From an uncultured Candidatus Saccharibacteria bacterium (GTDB taxonomy: Bacteria; Patescibacteriota; Dojkabacteria; SC72), in NCBI GenBank assembly GCA_964403155.1, contig CAYOEG010000001.1, forward strand, positions 21,550-85,549: a stretch of DNA of 64,000 nucleotides, read 5' to 3'. Below, one piece after another: positions 29,921 through 39,392 of this stretch. The notes under the pieces were generated by a model that did not search any database, was not told the DNA's origin, and saw only the letters and a program-made list of their open reading frames with translations. The translations under genes and the position numbers were made by a program. How positions within the stretch are numbered: position 1 is the first letter of the stretch; every line of letters starts with the position of its first letter.

Positions 29921-30358
29921 ATGGATTTACAAGAAAACACAACAGAAGTAAGCCCTTTAGAACAAGTAGAAACAAACATAAAGGGTTTCATGAATGGTGA
30001 TACTAAACCATGTCTAAGTATAATAGAAGATACATCTGTAGAAGAGTTCTACGAAAAGCTGAAGACAGATCTTGCATCAGATGAATTCAAGGAATATAAA
30101 CCCAGTGTAGAATCCATACCTATTACGCCATGGCAATTTGAGAAACTACGAGGAGATATGCATATCGAAGGGATTGAGTACAAGGATGGGATAACCGCTC
30201 TTTTGATCAACACCACCAAGGCTATGATCGGAGTTGCAGCATTTGGCACAGGTAATAAGAGAATATCTCTCCTAATGGAGAGGTTGACGAGCCAAGGTAT
30301 AGAGGATTTCCGGAATTTGAAACCTACCTCTTATGAACACCAAGTAATTGGAAGCTAA
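29921..30358 (+). CDS. Orphan hypothetical protein
   Basis: 145 aa ORF starting immediately after the duplicated clpP tail. Confidence 0.6.
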   Translation: MDLQENTTEVSPLEQVETNIKGFMNGDTKPCLSIIEDTSVEEFYEKLKTDLASDEFKEYKPSVESIPITPWQFEKLRGDMHIEGIEYKDGITALLINTTKAMIGVAAFGTGNKRISLLMERLTSQGIEDFRNLKPTSYEHQVIGS

Positions 30359-30363
30359 CCCAA

Positions 30364-30392
30364 TTGATAATTATCTTGATACAAGATAGAAT
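30364..30392 (+). promoter_or_regulatory. tRNA promoter
   Basis: TTGATA-17 nt-TAGAAT. Confidence 0.6.
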
Positions 30393-30416
30393 ACATCTGC
30401 TATTTAATAGTAATAA

Positions 30417-30490
30417 GGACGATTAGCTCAGCTGGTTAGAGCATCACATTGACATTGTGGAGGTCACAGGTTCGATCCCTGTATCGTCCA
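30417..30490 (+). tRNA. tRNA-Val(GAC); CCA not encoded
   Basis: Acceptor stem GGACGAT/ATCGTCC, D-arm TAGCTCAGCTGGTTAGAGC, anticodon loop TT-GAC-AT, T-loop GGTTCGATCC. Confidence 0.97.
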
Positions 30491-30494
30491 GTTT

Positions 30495-30899
30495 CTATGC
30501 AACAAATGCAAGAACTAAGAATAGTATCCCTAAAGATAGAAGAATTACTGGTAACAACCACAACGCTCCAGCTTTCTTAATAGATGCATCCTGTGGCTTT
30601 TCCTCTAAATATATCACTTCTACAGAATCTCCCACCTTAAACTTATTCTTACTTGCAAATCCATGTCTAGATTCAACTGTATACTTCTCTCCATTTTTAT
30701 CTGTAAACTCAAATACTGGCGCATATGAGTAGGATGTAGATGTAAATCCCTCAGAATCCTGAGATACAGATTCTTTCTGCCTAACTTCTGTAATCTTAGC
30801 TGTAGTGGTAATTCCGTTCTTTACTAATTTATTCGTTTTTACAAACTGAATTATTCCAAAGATTAAGAACCCTGCACCAAAGAGTAAATAGAAGATCAT
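30495..30899 (-). CDS. DUF3592-like membrane protein
   Basis: TM, then GITTTAKI...YAPVFEFTD..G...VGDSVEVIY..EKPQDA, then TM. Confidence 0.75.
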   Translation of the reverse strand: MIFYLLFGAGFLIFGIIQFVKTNKLVKNGITTTAKITEVRQKESVSQDSEGFTSTSYSYAPVFEFTDKNGEKYTVESRHGFASKNKFKVGDSVEVIYLEEKPQDASIKKAGALWLLPVILLSLGILFLVLAFVA

Positions 30900-30957
30900 A
30901 ATTAAAGGAAATCAATTTAGATTTTTAATTGTACCATGAAAAAGGTAATATACAGTT

Positions 30958-31527
30958 ATGAATGTTAAATTCTCAAATTCCATATTGATTTTACCAATAC
31001 CACCTGTTTTCTTTGCACTCGCATTCTGGTGGACATCTATATCTTTCATATCAGAATCATTCATTAAGTACTTGATACTGGCAGGATTAGTTGTTGGTAT
31101 TCTGATTGATATTTTGTTGTACAAGAAATATCTTAATGCAGAATTATCTACATATGTACTCTTGCTTGCCTATATCTTCTATATGATCTGTGTATTTGGT
31201 TTCTTTATGGGTGTTCCTGTCTTTAATATTTTTGTATGTATTCCATTTGCAATATATATTTTTAAGTATCACAAGGATTATGTTAAGAAATTCACGCTAG
31301 TTTCTACAATTTCTATGTTTGTTATATGTTTTTCTTCTGCATTTATAGCTTTAAACAGTAGTTCAACATTGAATGATTTAAATGGGATGTTAGGAACGAG
31401 GGGATATATAACTAATACAGTATTGTATTTAATAATTGGGGCAGGGGGTGTTGGATTAGTTATTGCGAATTTCTTTTTAGCAAAGTATTCAGGAAGGATA
31501 TACAAGAAACTGTTTAAAAAAGGTTAA
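30958..31527 (+). CDS. Hypothetical multi-pass membrane protein
   Basis: Five to six hydrophobic segments; GFFMGVPVFN. Confidence 0.65.
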   Translation: MNVKFSNSILILPIPPVFFALAFWWTSISFISESFIKYLILAGLVVGILIDILLYKKYLNAELSTYVLLLAYIFYMICVFGFFMGVPVFNIFVCIPFAIYIFKYHKDYVKKFTLVSTISMFVICFSSAFIALNSSSTLNDLNGMLGTRGYITNTVLYLIIGAGGVGLVIANFFLAKYSGRIYKKLFKKG

Positions 31528-33326
31528 GCTTTTTCTACTTGAGTACGATACATCTTGGCATAGAGACCATCTTGTTTCATTAGATCTTCATGCTTACCAT
31601 CTTCTACTATTTTTCCGTTATCTATAACTATGATTCTTTTTGCTTTTCTAACTGTAGCAAATCTATGAGAGACTATTAATGTTGTTTTGTTCTTAGCATT
31701 TTCTCGGATATTATCAAAGATTTTTTCTTCTGAGAGTGCATCTACTGCGCTAGTAGGTTCGTCCAAGATTAAAAGCTTCGCATCTCTATAAAAGGCACGT
31801 GCGATTGAAAGCTTCTGCCATTGACCTCCAGATGGAACGACACCTTGTTTTACCTCACGAGAGGTGAATGTTGCATAACCCTTGGGCCATTTCTTAATGA
31901 CATCATGGATGTCTGCTCTTATAGCGGAATCCTTTATCCTATCCGCCGATTTCTTTGAGAACACATCTCCAACCATAATATTCTCACTCGCAGTAATTCC
32001 CAAATGAACAAACGCTTGAGAAAGTATACTAATGTATTTATGATAATCTCTTAGATTATATTCTTTTATATTTGTTCCATTAACTAATATTTCCCCACGA
32101 TCAACATCGTATGTTCTTAGTAGCAATTTGATCAGAGTTGTTTTGCCTGCGCCATTCTTACCAACAATAGCGATATCTTCATCTGTATCTATTTTTAGAC
32201 AAAGTTCTTTGAAAATCCATTTTTCCGTGTCTGGATATTTAAACCATACATTTCTAAACTCGATTTCCACACCGTTTGAGGTCGTAGGTATCCTTTTTTC
32301 TCCTCCTTGAATTTCATTCTTCCAGTTTTGAATAAAATAGAATTTCTCTAAAAGACTTTTATCCGCAGATATTCGTGATGCATAATTTAAGGCTCTTGAG
32401 ACGTTGCCATTAAATAAATCGTATGCCGATATTATGAAAGTCAACATACCAACAGATATTTGCCCATCTATAACGGAGTTCACTGTCAATAAAACAGCTG
32501 CTAAATAAATCAGAATGGATATTATCGAGGATATTCCTGTCCAAAAGTATCTTTTTTTGTCATTCTCCTCAAGTTTTTTAGTGAAATTTCTGTTTATCTC
32601 TTTTGCCTTCTCTAAGAGATATTTGCCATATCCAAAGACATAAACTTCCTGGTGTCTTTCAGGATTTTGTCCCATAATAGCCTCACGATATAAATAGTAT
32701 CTAATTTTATCTTCCCCCTTGTCCGCCCATATTCCCCAAACCTTCCCTCCGAATGTTTTTATTATGATTGCGGTCGGGATTGCCGCTAAGACAGCAAACA
32801 GAGCCAAAACCCAGTTAACACGAAGTATTGCGAGTAGAGAGATTATAACCGCAGGAATCATCGCCGCTAGAGAAACTGCATTGAAAACAGCTGAACCAAC
32901 AGCATTGGAATTCCAACTTATTGCATTTCTATACTCTACAAATTTCGGATCCTCATACGCCTTCGGTTCTATTTGCATATACCGTCCTGCATACAGATCA
33001 TCCTCCACATAAGGTCTCCACATCGATAACAAACCCGAGATTCTTTGCGAAAAGTTTTCAACTATTGTCCATATTAAAAAAGATGCGACCATCAAACCCA
33101 TTGTGGGGAGAACATCCACGATACTACCTTTAACATTTATTATTTGAATTACCTTATCTACAACTTTGGCAAGCAAGAAACTAGAGAGTAATGGATATAC
33201 ATATGACAATAGTTCAAAGAGGATCGTAATCCACATATGTCTTGCAAATCTCTTTTCGCTATAGTACTTTTTGTATACAAACCAAAGAAGTTTAAGGATC
33301 CCAGGGGCTTTTTGTATTTGTTCCAT
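31524..33326 (-). CDS. ABC transporter, fused permease and ATP-binding protein
   Basis: TM domain plus GKNGAGKTT, PSGGQWQK, LLILDEPTS, VSHRF. Confidence 0.95.
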   Translation of the reverse strand: MEQIQKAPGILKLLWFVYKKYYSEKRFARHMWITILFELLSYVYPLLSSFLLAKVVDKVIQIINVKGSIVDVLPTMGLMVASFLIWTIVENFSQRISGLLSMWRPYVEDDLYAGRYMQIEPKAYEDPKFVEYRNAISWNSNAVGSAVFNAVSLAAMIPAVIISLLAILRVNWVLALFAVLAAIPTAIIIKTFGGKVWGIWADKGEDKIRYYLYREAIMGQNPERHQEVYVFGYGKYLLEKAKEINRNFTKKLEENDKKRYFWTGISSIISILIYLAAVLLTVNSVIDGQISVGMLTFIISAYDLFNGNVSRALNYASRISADKSLLEKFYFIQNWKNEIQGGEKRIPTTSNGVEIEFRNVWFKYPDTEKWIFKELCLKIDTDEDIAIVGKNGAGKTTLIKLLLRTYDVDRGEILVNGTNIKEYNLRDYHKYISILSQAFVHLGITASENIMVGDVFSKKSADRIKDSAIRADIHDVIKKWPKGYATFTSREVKQGVVPSGGQWQKLSIARAFYRDAKLLILDEPTSAVDALSEEKIFDNIRENAKNKTTLIVSHRFATVRKAKRIIVIDNGKIVEDGKHEDLMKQDGLYAKMYRTQVEKA

Positions 33327-33397
33327 GGAGTTGATTATACAACGGAAACGGCGCTATCGTATATACTTACCTTACCTAAAAACACAAAATAAAGAGA

Positions 33398-33955
33398 CTA
33401 TTCCAGCTTAACTCCAAATACCCGCAGAAGATATACGGCATCATCCTTAGAAAACTTGGCATTCTTACAGATATCTTCTCGTATATCAAAGAAATAATTA
33501 ATAGCAGTAGTAAAATCACACTCCGTAAGATCACATCTTAGGAATTGAGTATCCTTGAAATCACATTTTTCAAAAGGAACTTTCTTAGCCTTAATATATT
33601 CAAAATATGATTCTGTAAGTTTGCAATTATGGAATTCCGTTCCCAATATATCTATATCTACCAAAACAGAGTAGGACATATCGCAGTTTGTAAAAATATT
33701 TGAGAATCCAAATTGGCAATCAAACTTGCTCCATTCAATACCAATTAACTTACAGTTATTAAATTTACAATCTGCTAATTTAGAATTAATAATTTTAATA
33801 TTACTTATCAAACACCCATTAAACGTACAATTTGTAAAGATACATTCTTTAAGTTCTATACCTTCTAGATCACATTTCTCAAATACACACTCCTCATATT
33901 CACCGTTTTCTATCTTTTTTAACTCATTAAATGTTTTTTTGTAATTTTCGCTCAT
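33398..33955 (-). CDS. Pentapeptide repeat protein
   Basis: Regular C.F..C.F/L five-residue periodicity throughout. Confidence 0.9.
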   Translation of the reverse strand: MSENYKKTFNELKKIENGEYEECVFEKCDLEGIELKECIFTNCTFNGCLISNIKIINSKLADCKFNNCKLIGIEWSKFDCQFGFSNIFTNCDMSYSVLVDIDILGTEFHNCKLTESYFEYIKAKKVPFEKCDFKDTQFLRCDLTECDFTTAINYFFDIREDICKNAKFSKDDAVYLLRVFGVKLE

Positions 33956-34380
33956 ATCCTAATGTTATCAAGATTATCTACACACATCCAAGCACAAGCA
34001 TTGCCAAAACCTTTCTTTGAAACATCAAACGGTTCAACAGATCTTACATTTTCTAAGAATATGAGGATACAATAGTTTTTAGATTGATAATACTCATCAT
34101 ATTCCCGAGAAAGTAGTTGGATATCCTCCGCATATTTATCCATGATCTCCTTGAATGTGTATTTATCCAGATGATCAAATTGCAAAACTTTGGATACTAC
34201 AGCAGAAGCGGTAATTGGCTCTCCTGCATTTTTTAAGAATATTTTATCGCCTACATTAATACTATTCCATGGTTTAATCCTATTTACATACCATCTACTT
34301 TCGATGGTCTTACTACCATCTAATATCTTCGGTATTAATTTCCACCTTTTATTCATTATCGCTACATGATCCATGAGCAA
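33952..34380 (-). CDS. ASCH/PUA-like domain protein
   Basis: KILDGSKTIESR matches the ASCH GxKxxExR motif; INVGDKIF. Confidence 0.75.
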   Translation of the reverse strand: MLMDHVAIMNKRWKLIPKILDGSKTIESRWYVNRIKPWNSINVGDKIFLKNAGEPITASAVVSKVLQFDHLDKYTFKEIMDKYAEDIQLLSREYDEYYQSKNYCILIFLENVRSVEPFDVSKKGFGNACAWMCVDNLDNIRI

Positions 34381-35311
34381 TCTCCCTTAAACTATTACTA
34401 TCCTCGGCACTCATTAATTTTTGTCTTAATTCAGCAGCACTATTAAAGCCATTAACATATGCCTTAACAAATTTTTTAGTAATATTAAAGTTTTTTCTCT
34501 CACCCCAAACATTCTCGAAAAACTCACAATGTTTTACCAAAGTATTTAATCTCTCTTGTACAGAAATTTCCTCTATACCACTAAATAGCCAAGGATTAGA
34601 CATAATACCTCTTCCTACCATATATCCATCAGTACCGTATTTCTTTGAACATTCTACACCCTGAGTAGCACTCACAATATCTCCATTTCCAATCAAAAGA
34701 GTAGCGGGGGATATTTCATTTCTTAACTTCACACATTTTGCTATTTCATCCCATCTTGCAGGAATATCGTATCCTTCCTTCGCAATACGTCCATGTACAG
34801 TAAGCATATCTAAATTCTGTTTAAGTAAAAACCCAATCCAATTCTCAGTATTAACCTTCTCATATCCTATCCTTGTCTTGACACTCACAGGAATATCTCC
34901 AGCTTCACTCTTCACAGCTTCGATTATTCTTTTTGCAAGGTCTGGATCTTGAATCAATGCAGACCCACCACCAGTACTTGTAACATTTCGGACTGCACAT
35001 CCCATGTTAATATCAAATCCATCAGGTTTTAATTCTTTCAAATCCTTAACAGTTTCGGCAAAATTCTCAGGATTGTTACCCCAAAGCTGTATAACAATAG
35101 GCCTCTCTATCTCCTCAAACACCACCCTGTGGTCTACACCCTTCTTTCCAACAGAGCAATATCCGTCAACATTCATAAATTCGGTAAAAAATACATCTGG
35201 ACGACCAATCTCACATAACATCCTCCTAAATACCGAATCTGTGACATCCTCCATAGGAGCAAGCATACTCAAAACACCCTTCTTTTGTTTTAAAGACTCG
35301 AATATATTCAT
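34349..35311 (-). CDS. tRNA-dihydrouridine synthase
   Basis: LAPMEDVTD, QLWG, DINMGC, PVSVKTRIG, LTVHGR, IGNGDI, MVGRG. Confidence 0.95.
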   Translation of the reverse strand: MNIFESLKQKKGVLSMLAPMEDVTDSVFRRMLCEIGRPDVFFTEFMNVDGYCSVGKKGVDHRVVFEEIERPIVIQLWGNNPENFAETVKDLKELKPDGFDINMGCAVRNVTSTGGGSALIQDPDLAKRIIEAVKSEAGDIPVSVKTRIGYEKVNTENWIGFLLKQNLDMLTVHGRIAKEGYDIPARWDEIAKCVKLRNEISPATLLIGNGDIVSATQGVECSKKYGTDGYMVGRGIMSNPWLFSGIEEISVQERLNTLVKHCEFFENVWGERKNFNITKKFVKAYVNGFNSAAELRQKLMSAEDSNSLREIAHGSCSDNE

Positions 35312-35330
35312 ATCCGTAATTCTACCATAC

Positions 35331-35534
35331 AGGCCAGGCTAAGGCCTGACCTGCGTTCATAACTCATTAATGCACCTTCTCTCGTGTACTACCGTCGTTT
35401 TCTACTAGATCAACCTATTGATCATCGAATATGAACAACCTTTTAAATATTCGATACGCAAAAAGGCTGTACATAAAAAGAGGTTTTGTGATTATGAACA
35501 ACCTATGAACCAAGGCCAGGCTATAGCCAGGCTT
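35331..35534. mobile_element. REPIN/MITE-like 204 bp element with palindromic inverted termini
   Basis: 31 nt termini are 24/31 identical in inverted orientation, each with its own GC-rich hairpin; internal TATGAACAACCT direct repeat. Confidence 0.5.
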
Positions 35535-35586
35535 GCACAAGAAAGGGATTTACAATAGACTTAGATAACAAATAACTGCCCAGATA

Positions 35587-35988
35587 ATGGAAGTCAAAAA
35601 CAGCGTCTCGGATAACTCGGGACAACAATTACTCTCAGGCACTAAGGTCGATTCATATGCGGCTATATTTTTGTACGCTATACAAGATTTTTTAAGATGG
35701 TGGTACATAAAAATGCCAATATGGCATCTAAGACAGTTGAATCGTTTAAGCACAGTAGTGGATGATAATCTCTCGCTATCGATATTAATGAAGACATTCT
35801 TCATACCATGGCATAGGGATTACTCCTTAATGGGTTTCCTTTTTGGCGTTGTAATGCGAATATTGTATGTACCAATCGCTCTCACAATATATCTGATAAT
35901 AGTAATATCATACCTAATTATCCTCTTAATCTGGCTCATACTACCAATTGCAACTATTACATTCATAATATCTTCATTAATCAAGTAA
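35587..35988 (+). CDS. Small membrane protein coupled to the Clp ATPase gene
   Basis: FLRWWY...LMKTFFIPWHRD plus TM helices; stop lies 1 nt before the next ATG. Confidence 0.7.
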   Translation: MEVKNSVSDNSGQQLLSGTKVDSYAAIFLYAIQDFLRWWYIKMPIWHLRQLNRLSTVVDDNLSLSILMKTFFIPWHRDYSLMGFLFGVVMRILYVPIALTIYLIIVISYLIILLIWLILPIATITFIISSLIK

Positions 35989-35989
35989 C

Positions 35990-38713
35990 ATGGCACTAGA
36001 CTTCGAAATGCAACAAAAAACAATCTGTGGATATCACAAGAAAGATACTAATAGAGTAGGGATAATAGAAAAGAAATACCCAATCATAGAGAATGAAAAC
36101 GAAGCAACATTCTTAGTGACAAGAGATCACTTCTTCTCAATATCTACACAACAGATAGATTCTGTAATTAAAAATTTCTTTAGATACAAACGTTTCAAGG
36201 ATGTTGGAAGAATTATTGCAAATATACTCATAATACCTGGTGTCTTTGTAGCATTAGGATTCATATTCAAATATGCAAAATTACTTGAAGATCAGGCCTT
36301 TATAACCAGTATATTAGAATCTAAGTGGAGTGGAGTATTATTCGGACTCTCTATCATTGCCGTTATAATCCTCTGGTACGATTTCTATGAGGAAAAAAGC
36401 CATCCTGTACAACTACCACTAGCTAAACGTATTTCACAAAAAGAGATGGAAGAAATCAGAGCTACTGGTTTTAGATTTGGAAGATACGGACACCTAGAGG
36501 TTGTCCATTTCGCAAGTGAAGAGACGCTTGAGCTGTTATGTATTTTTACAAAAAGCAACCAATTCTCTCTCTATGAGATTTTCAAACACTTGCTATCCGA
36601 GAATTTTGAAGTACAACAATTAGTAAGAAGATCTGGGATAGAAATTGATATCACAGATTTAGAAAATAACTTCAAGATATCAGCTGAAACTCTGCCGTCA
36701 TATGGAATTACCGCATATCGCAGCCTTTTAACCTATGCCGTAGAAGAGGCACTCCTAACTGAAAGCCAAGATATACAACCTCAGCACATATTTCTTGCAA
36801 TCCTCCGAATCAACCCTTTCTTACAAAAATATCTTCAAGCAAAGAATATAACAATAGATATACTAAGAGAAATCTGTCTTTACAACAACAAACTTGTAAA
36901 AAAGAAGAGTAAAGCTCGACTGTTAGACATCAATGTTCCATATTTCAGGAAAGGTGGTATAGCAAAACTTTGGATATATGGATATACATTCATTTTAAGC
37001 CATTTCAGTAAAGATCTTACAGAAGAAGTAGCAGGCATTCAGGATGTATACGGTATAGGACACGAAGAAGAAATCGACAATCTTGTGTCAGTATTAGGGA
37101 AAATTTCAAACAAAAATGCACTTTTAATTGGAGAACCTGGAGTCGGTAAATCAAGCTTAATCCTTGGGGTAGCACAAAGAATAAATACAGGAGATGTACC
37201 AATACAGCTTAAGGGGAAAAGGGTCGTACAATTGGATATAAATGGTTTGATAGCACAAGCTTCTGGAGAAAAGAAAATTGAAGAACTGATCATTAAGTCT
37301 ATGCAAGAGCTTGAGAATGCAGGTAACACGATTCTTTATATTGATGAATTCCAAGAGTTAATTCCTGCCAAAGCTGAGGAATCAGGTCAATCCATAGCTG
37401 GCATTATGCTTCCATACATAATGAACAGTAAATTCCCAATTATTGGAACTATAAACTACGCAGACTACAAAAAATATCTTTATTCCAACGAATCTTTAAG
37501 GCAAAGCTTTACCAATATTGAAGTAAAAGAGATCTCGACTACTGATACATTAAAGATCTTAGAAACGAAAGTAGCAGAGTTAGAAAGAAATTTCTTATGC
37601 TTCATAACATTCCCTGCATTGGTCGCTTCTGTAGAATTAGCACAAAGATATATCCGAGACAGAAAGTTACCAAGTAGTGCAGTTCAGACAATAGAGGCAA
37701 CTTGTGCGTGGGCACAGTCAAACAATATACAGAAAATAACATCTGAGCATGTATCCAAGGCAATATCTATTCAAAAGAACATCAATATTACAGAGATAGA
37801 TCAAGAAGAAAGTAATAGATTAAGAAAATTAGAAGAAAATATTAAAGCAAGAGTTATTGGACAGGATGAAGCCGTTATAGCAATAACAGAGGCATTAAGG
37901 AGAGCGAGAACGGATATTAGGAATCCAGAGAAACCAATTGGATCATTTCTTTTCATTGGACCTACTGGTGTAGGTAAAACATATTTAGCAAAAATAGTAG
38001 GTGAAGAATTCTTTGGGAATAAACAGGATATCGTAAGGGTGGACATGTCTGAATATCAAGAGGTCTCCAGTATTGAGAAATTCCTTGGTACATCGACATC
38101 ATCCAACATATTAGGGCAGACACAGATAACATTGGCTGATAGAGTAAAATCTAATCCTTACACAGTAGTCCTATTTGATGAAATAGAAAAAGCACACCCA
38201 GATGTATTAAATCTCTTCCTCCAAATGTTTGATGATGGAAGACTTACGAATAATGCAGGAGAAACGATAGACTTCAACAATACAATAATTATTTGTACTA
38301 GTAATATTGGCAGTCAGATCTTACTCAATGCCCTCGAAAAAGACGCAAACCTTTGGAATGAGGCAAAAGATCGGGCATTATTAGAACTAAGACAATATCT
38401 TAGGCCAGAATTACTCAATCGTTTCGACAAGGTAATTGTATTTGCACCACACAACGTTAACAATTTAACACAGATTGCCAATCTGCTGCTTACAGAATTG
38501 GCCAAACGTATGGCAGATAAAGGCATGGCACTAAAGTGGACAGACCAGATTCCAATGTTAATAGCAAACAAAGCAAATGAACCTGGCATGGGTGCAAGAC
38601 CTATGAAACGATACATTCAGGATCACATAGAAGGAGAAATTGCCAAAGAGATATTAGAGGGTAATCTAAAATCAGGTACAGAGATAAATATCCGCGAAAG
38701 TTGGATAATCTAG
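35990..38713 (+). CDS. ClpA/B/C-family AAA+ ATPase with N-terminal transmembrane helices
   Basis: GEPGVGKS, LYIDEF, VIGQDEAV, FIGPTGVGKT, RVDMSEY, LFDEIEKAH, GARP. Confidence 0.92.
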   Translation: MALDFEMQQKTICGYHKKDTNRVGIIEKKYPIIENENEATFLVTRDHFFSISTQQIDSVIKNFFRYKRFKDVGRIIANILIIPGVFVALGFIFKYAKLLEDQAFITSILESKWSGVLFGLSIIAVIILWYDFYEEKSHPVQLPLAKRISQKEMEEIRATGFRFGRYGHLEVVHFASEETLELLCIFTKSNQFSLYEIFKHLLSENFEVQQLVRRSGIEIDITDLENNFKISAETLPSYGITAYRSLLTYAVEEALLTESQDIQPQHIFLAILRINPFLQKYLQAKNITIDILREICLYNNKLVKKKSKARLLDINVPYFRKGGIAKLWIYGYTFILSHFSKDLTEEVAGIQDVYGIGHEEEIDNLVSVLGKISNKNALLIGEPGVGKSSLILGVAQRINTGDVPIQLKGKRVVQLDINGLIAQASGEKKIEELIIKSMQELENAGNTILYIDEFQELIPAKAEESGQSIAGIMLPYIMNSKFPIIGTINYADYKKYLYSNESLRQSFTNIEVKEISTTDTLKILETKVAELERNFLCFITFPALVASVELAQRYIRDRKLPSSAVQTIEATCAWAQSNNIQKITSEHVSKAISIQKNINITEIDQEESNRLRKLEENIKARVIGQDEAVIAITEALRRARTDIRNPEKPIGSFLFIGPTGVGKTYLAKIVGEEFFGNKQDIVRVDMSEYQEVSSIEKFLGTSTSSNILGQTQITLADRVKSNPYTVVLFDEIEKAHPDVLNLFLQMFDDGRLTNNAGETIDFNNTIIICTSNIGSQILLNALEKDANLWNEAKDRALLELRQYLRPELLNRFDKVIVFAPHNVNNLTQIANLLLTELAKRMADKGMALKWTDQIPMLIANKANEPGMGARPMKRYIQDHIEGEIAKEILEGNLKSGTEINIRESWII

Positions 38714-38772
38714 TTGAAAAAGAGTAATATATCGAATATAATCCAAGATTGATAATATAAATATTTTAAGAC

Positions 38773-38955
38773 ATGGGAGCCCTTCCAAAAAGAAAAATTT
38801 CTAGAAGCAGAAGAGGTGACAGAAGAGCACATAATGCTTTGAAAGTTACAGGTATGTCCAAATGTCCAAAGTGTGGAAATGTAAAAAGAGAACATTTTGC
38901 ATGCTCATACTGTGGATATTACAAAGCTAAGAAAGAAACTAAGAAGACAGAATAG
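38773..38955 (+). CDS. rpmF: 50S ribosomal protein L32
   Basis: ALPKRKISRSRR...CPKCG...HFACSYCGYY. Confidence 0.97.
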   Translation: MGALPKRKISRSRRGDRRAHNALKVTGMSKCPKCGNVKREHFACSYCGYYKAKKETKKTE

Positions 38956-38957
38956 TT

Positions 38958-39392
38958 ATGAAAAGAGCATCTGACCCAAGGCATTTAGCAAGAATAATAG
39001 CATTGCAAAGGCTTTTTGCAAATTATTTCAACCAACAAAACGCTGTAGTAGAGGAACTTCCTCTGAATGAGCTTGCAGAATTGGATGAGATAGAAGAGTT
39101 TAACCAAGATCTTCTTAACAGTATTACGGAAGGTGTTCCAACTAAGCAGGCAGAAATTGACGATTTGATTACCAAGTATGCACCACAATGGCCAATTTCT
39201 CAGATGAAGCTAGTCGATTTACAAATTCTTAGAATGGCTATTTTTGAAGGCTTCATTGGAAAGGTTACACCTCCGAAAGTTGCGATAGATGAAGCGATAG
39301 AGATTGCAAAAGACTTTGGTGGAGAAACTAGTGGGAAGTTTGTAAATGGTGTACTTGGGGCAATATATGAAGAAGCGAAGAAAAATGAATAA
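38958..39392 (+). CDS. nusB: Transcription antitermination factor NusB
   Basis: RHLARIIALQ, VDLQILR, PPKVAIDEAIEIAKDFG, KFVNGVLG. Confidence 0.97.
   Translation: MKRASDPRHLARIIALQRLFANYFNQQNAVVEELPLNELAELDEIEEFNQDLLNSITEGVPTKQAEIDDLITKYAPQWPISQMKLVDLQILRMAIFEGFIGKVTPPKVAIDEAIEIAKDFGGETSGKFVNGVLGAIYEEAKKNE

Noticed and set aside
30457-30732. ORF MEVTGSIPVSSS...
   Set aside because: It is a translation of the tRNA-Val T-arm and is antisense to the DUF3592-like gene.
29262-33400. G/T-to-A/C skew switch read as the replication terminus
   Set aside because: Same-polarity switches recur at several other islands and no convincing dif site was seen; cannot be fully excluded without the whole genome.
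35354-35511. TTATGAACA-like words read as DnaA boxes of oriC
   Set aside because: They deviate from TTWTNCACA, dnaA is not nearby, and no A/C-to-G/T skew switch is visible at this site.
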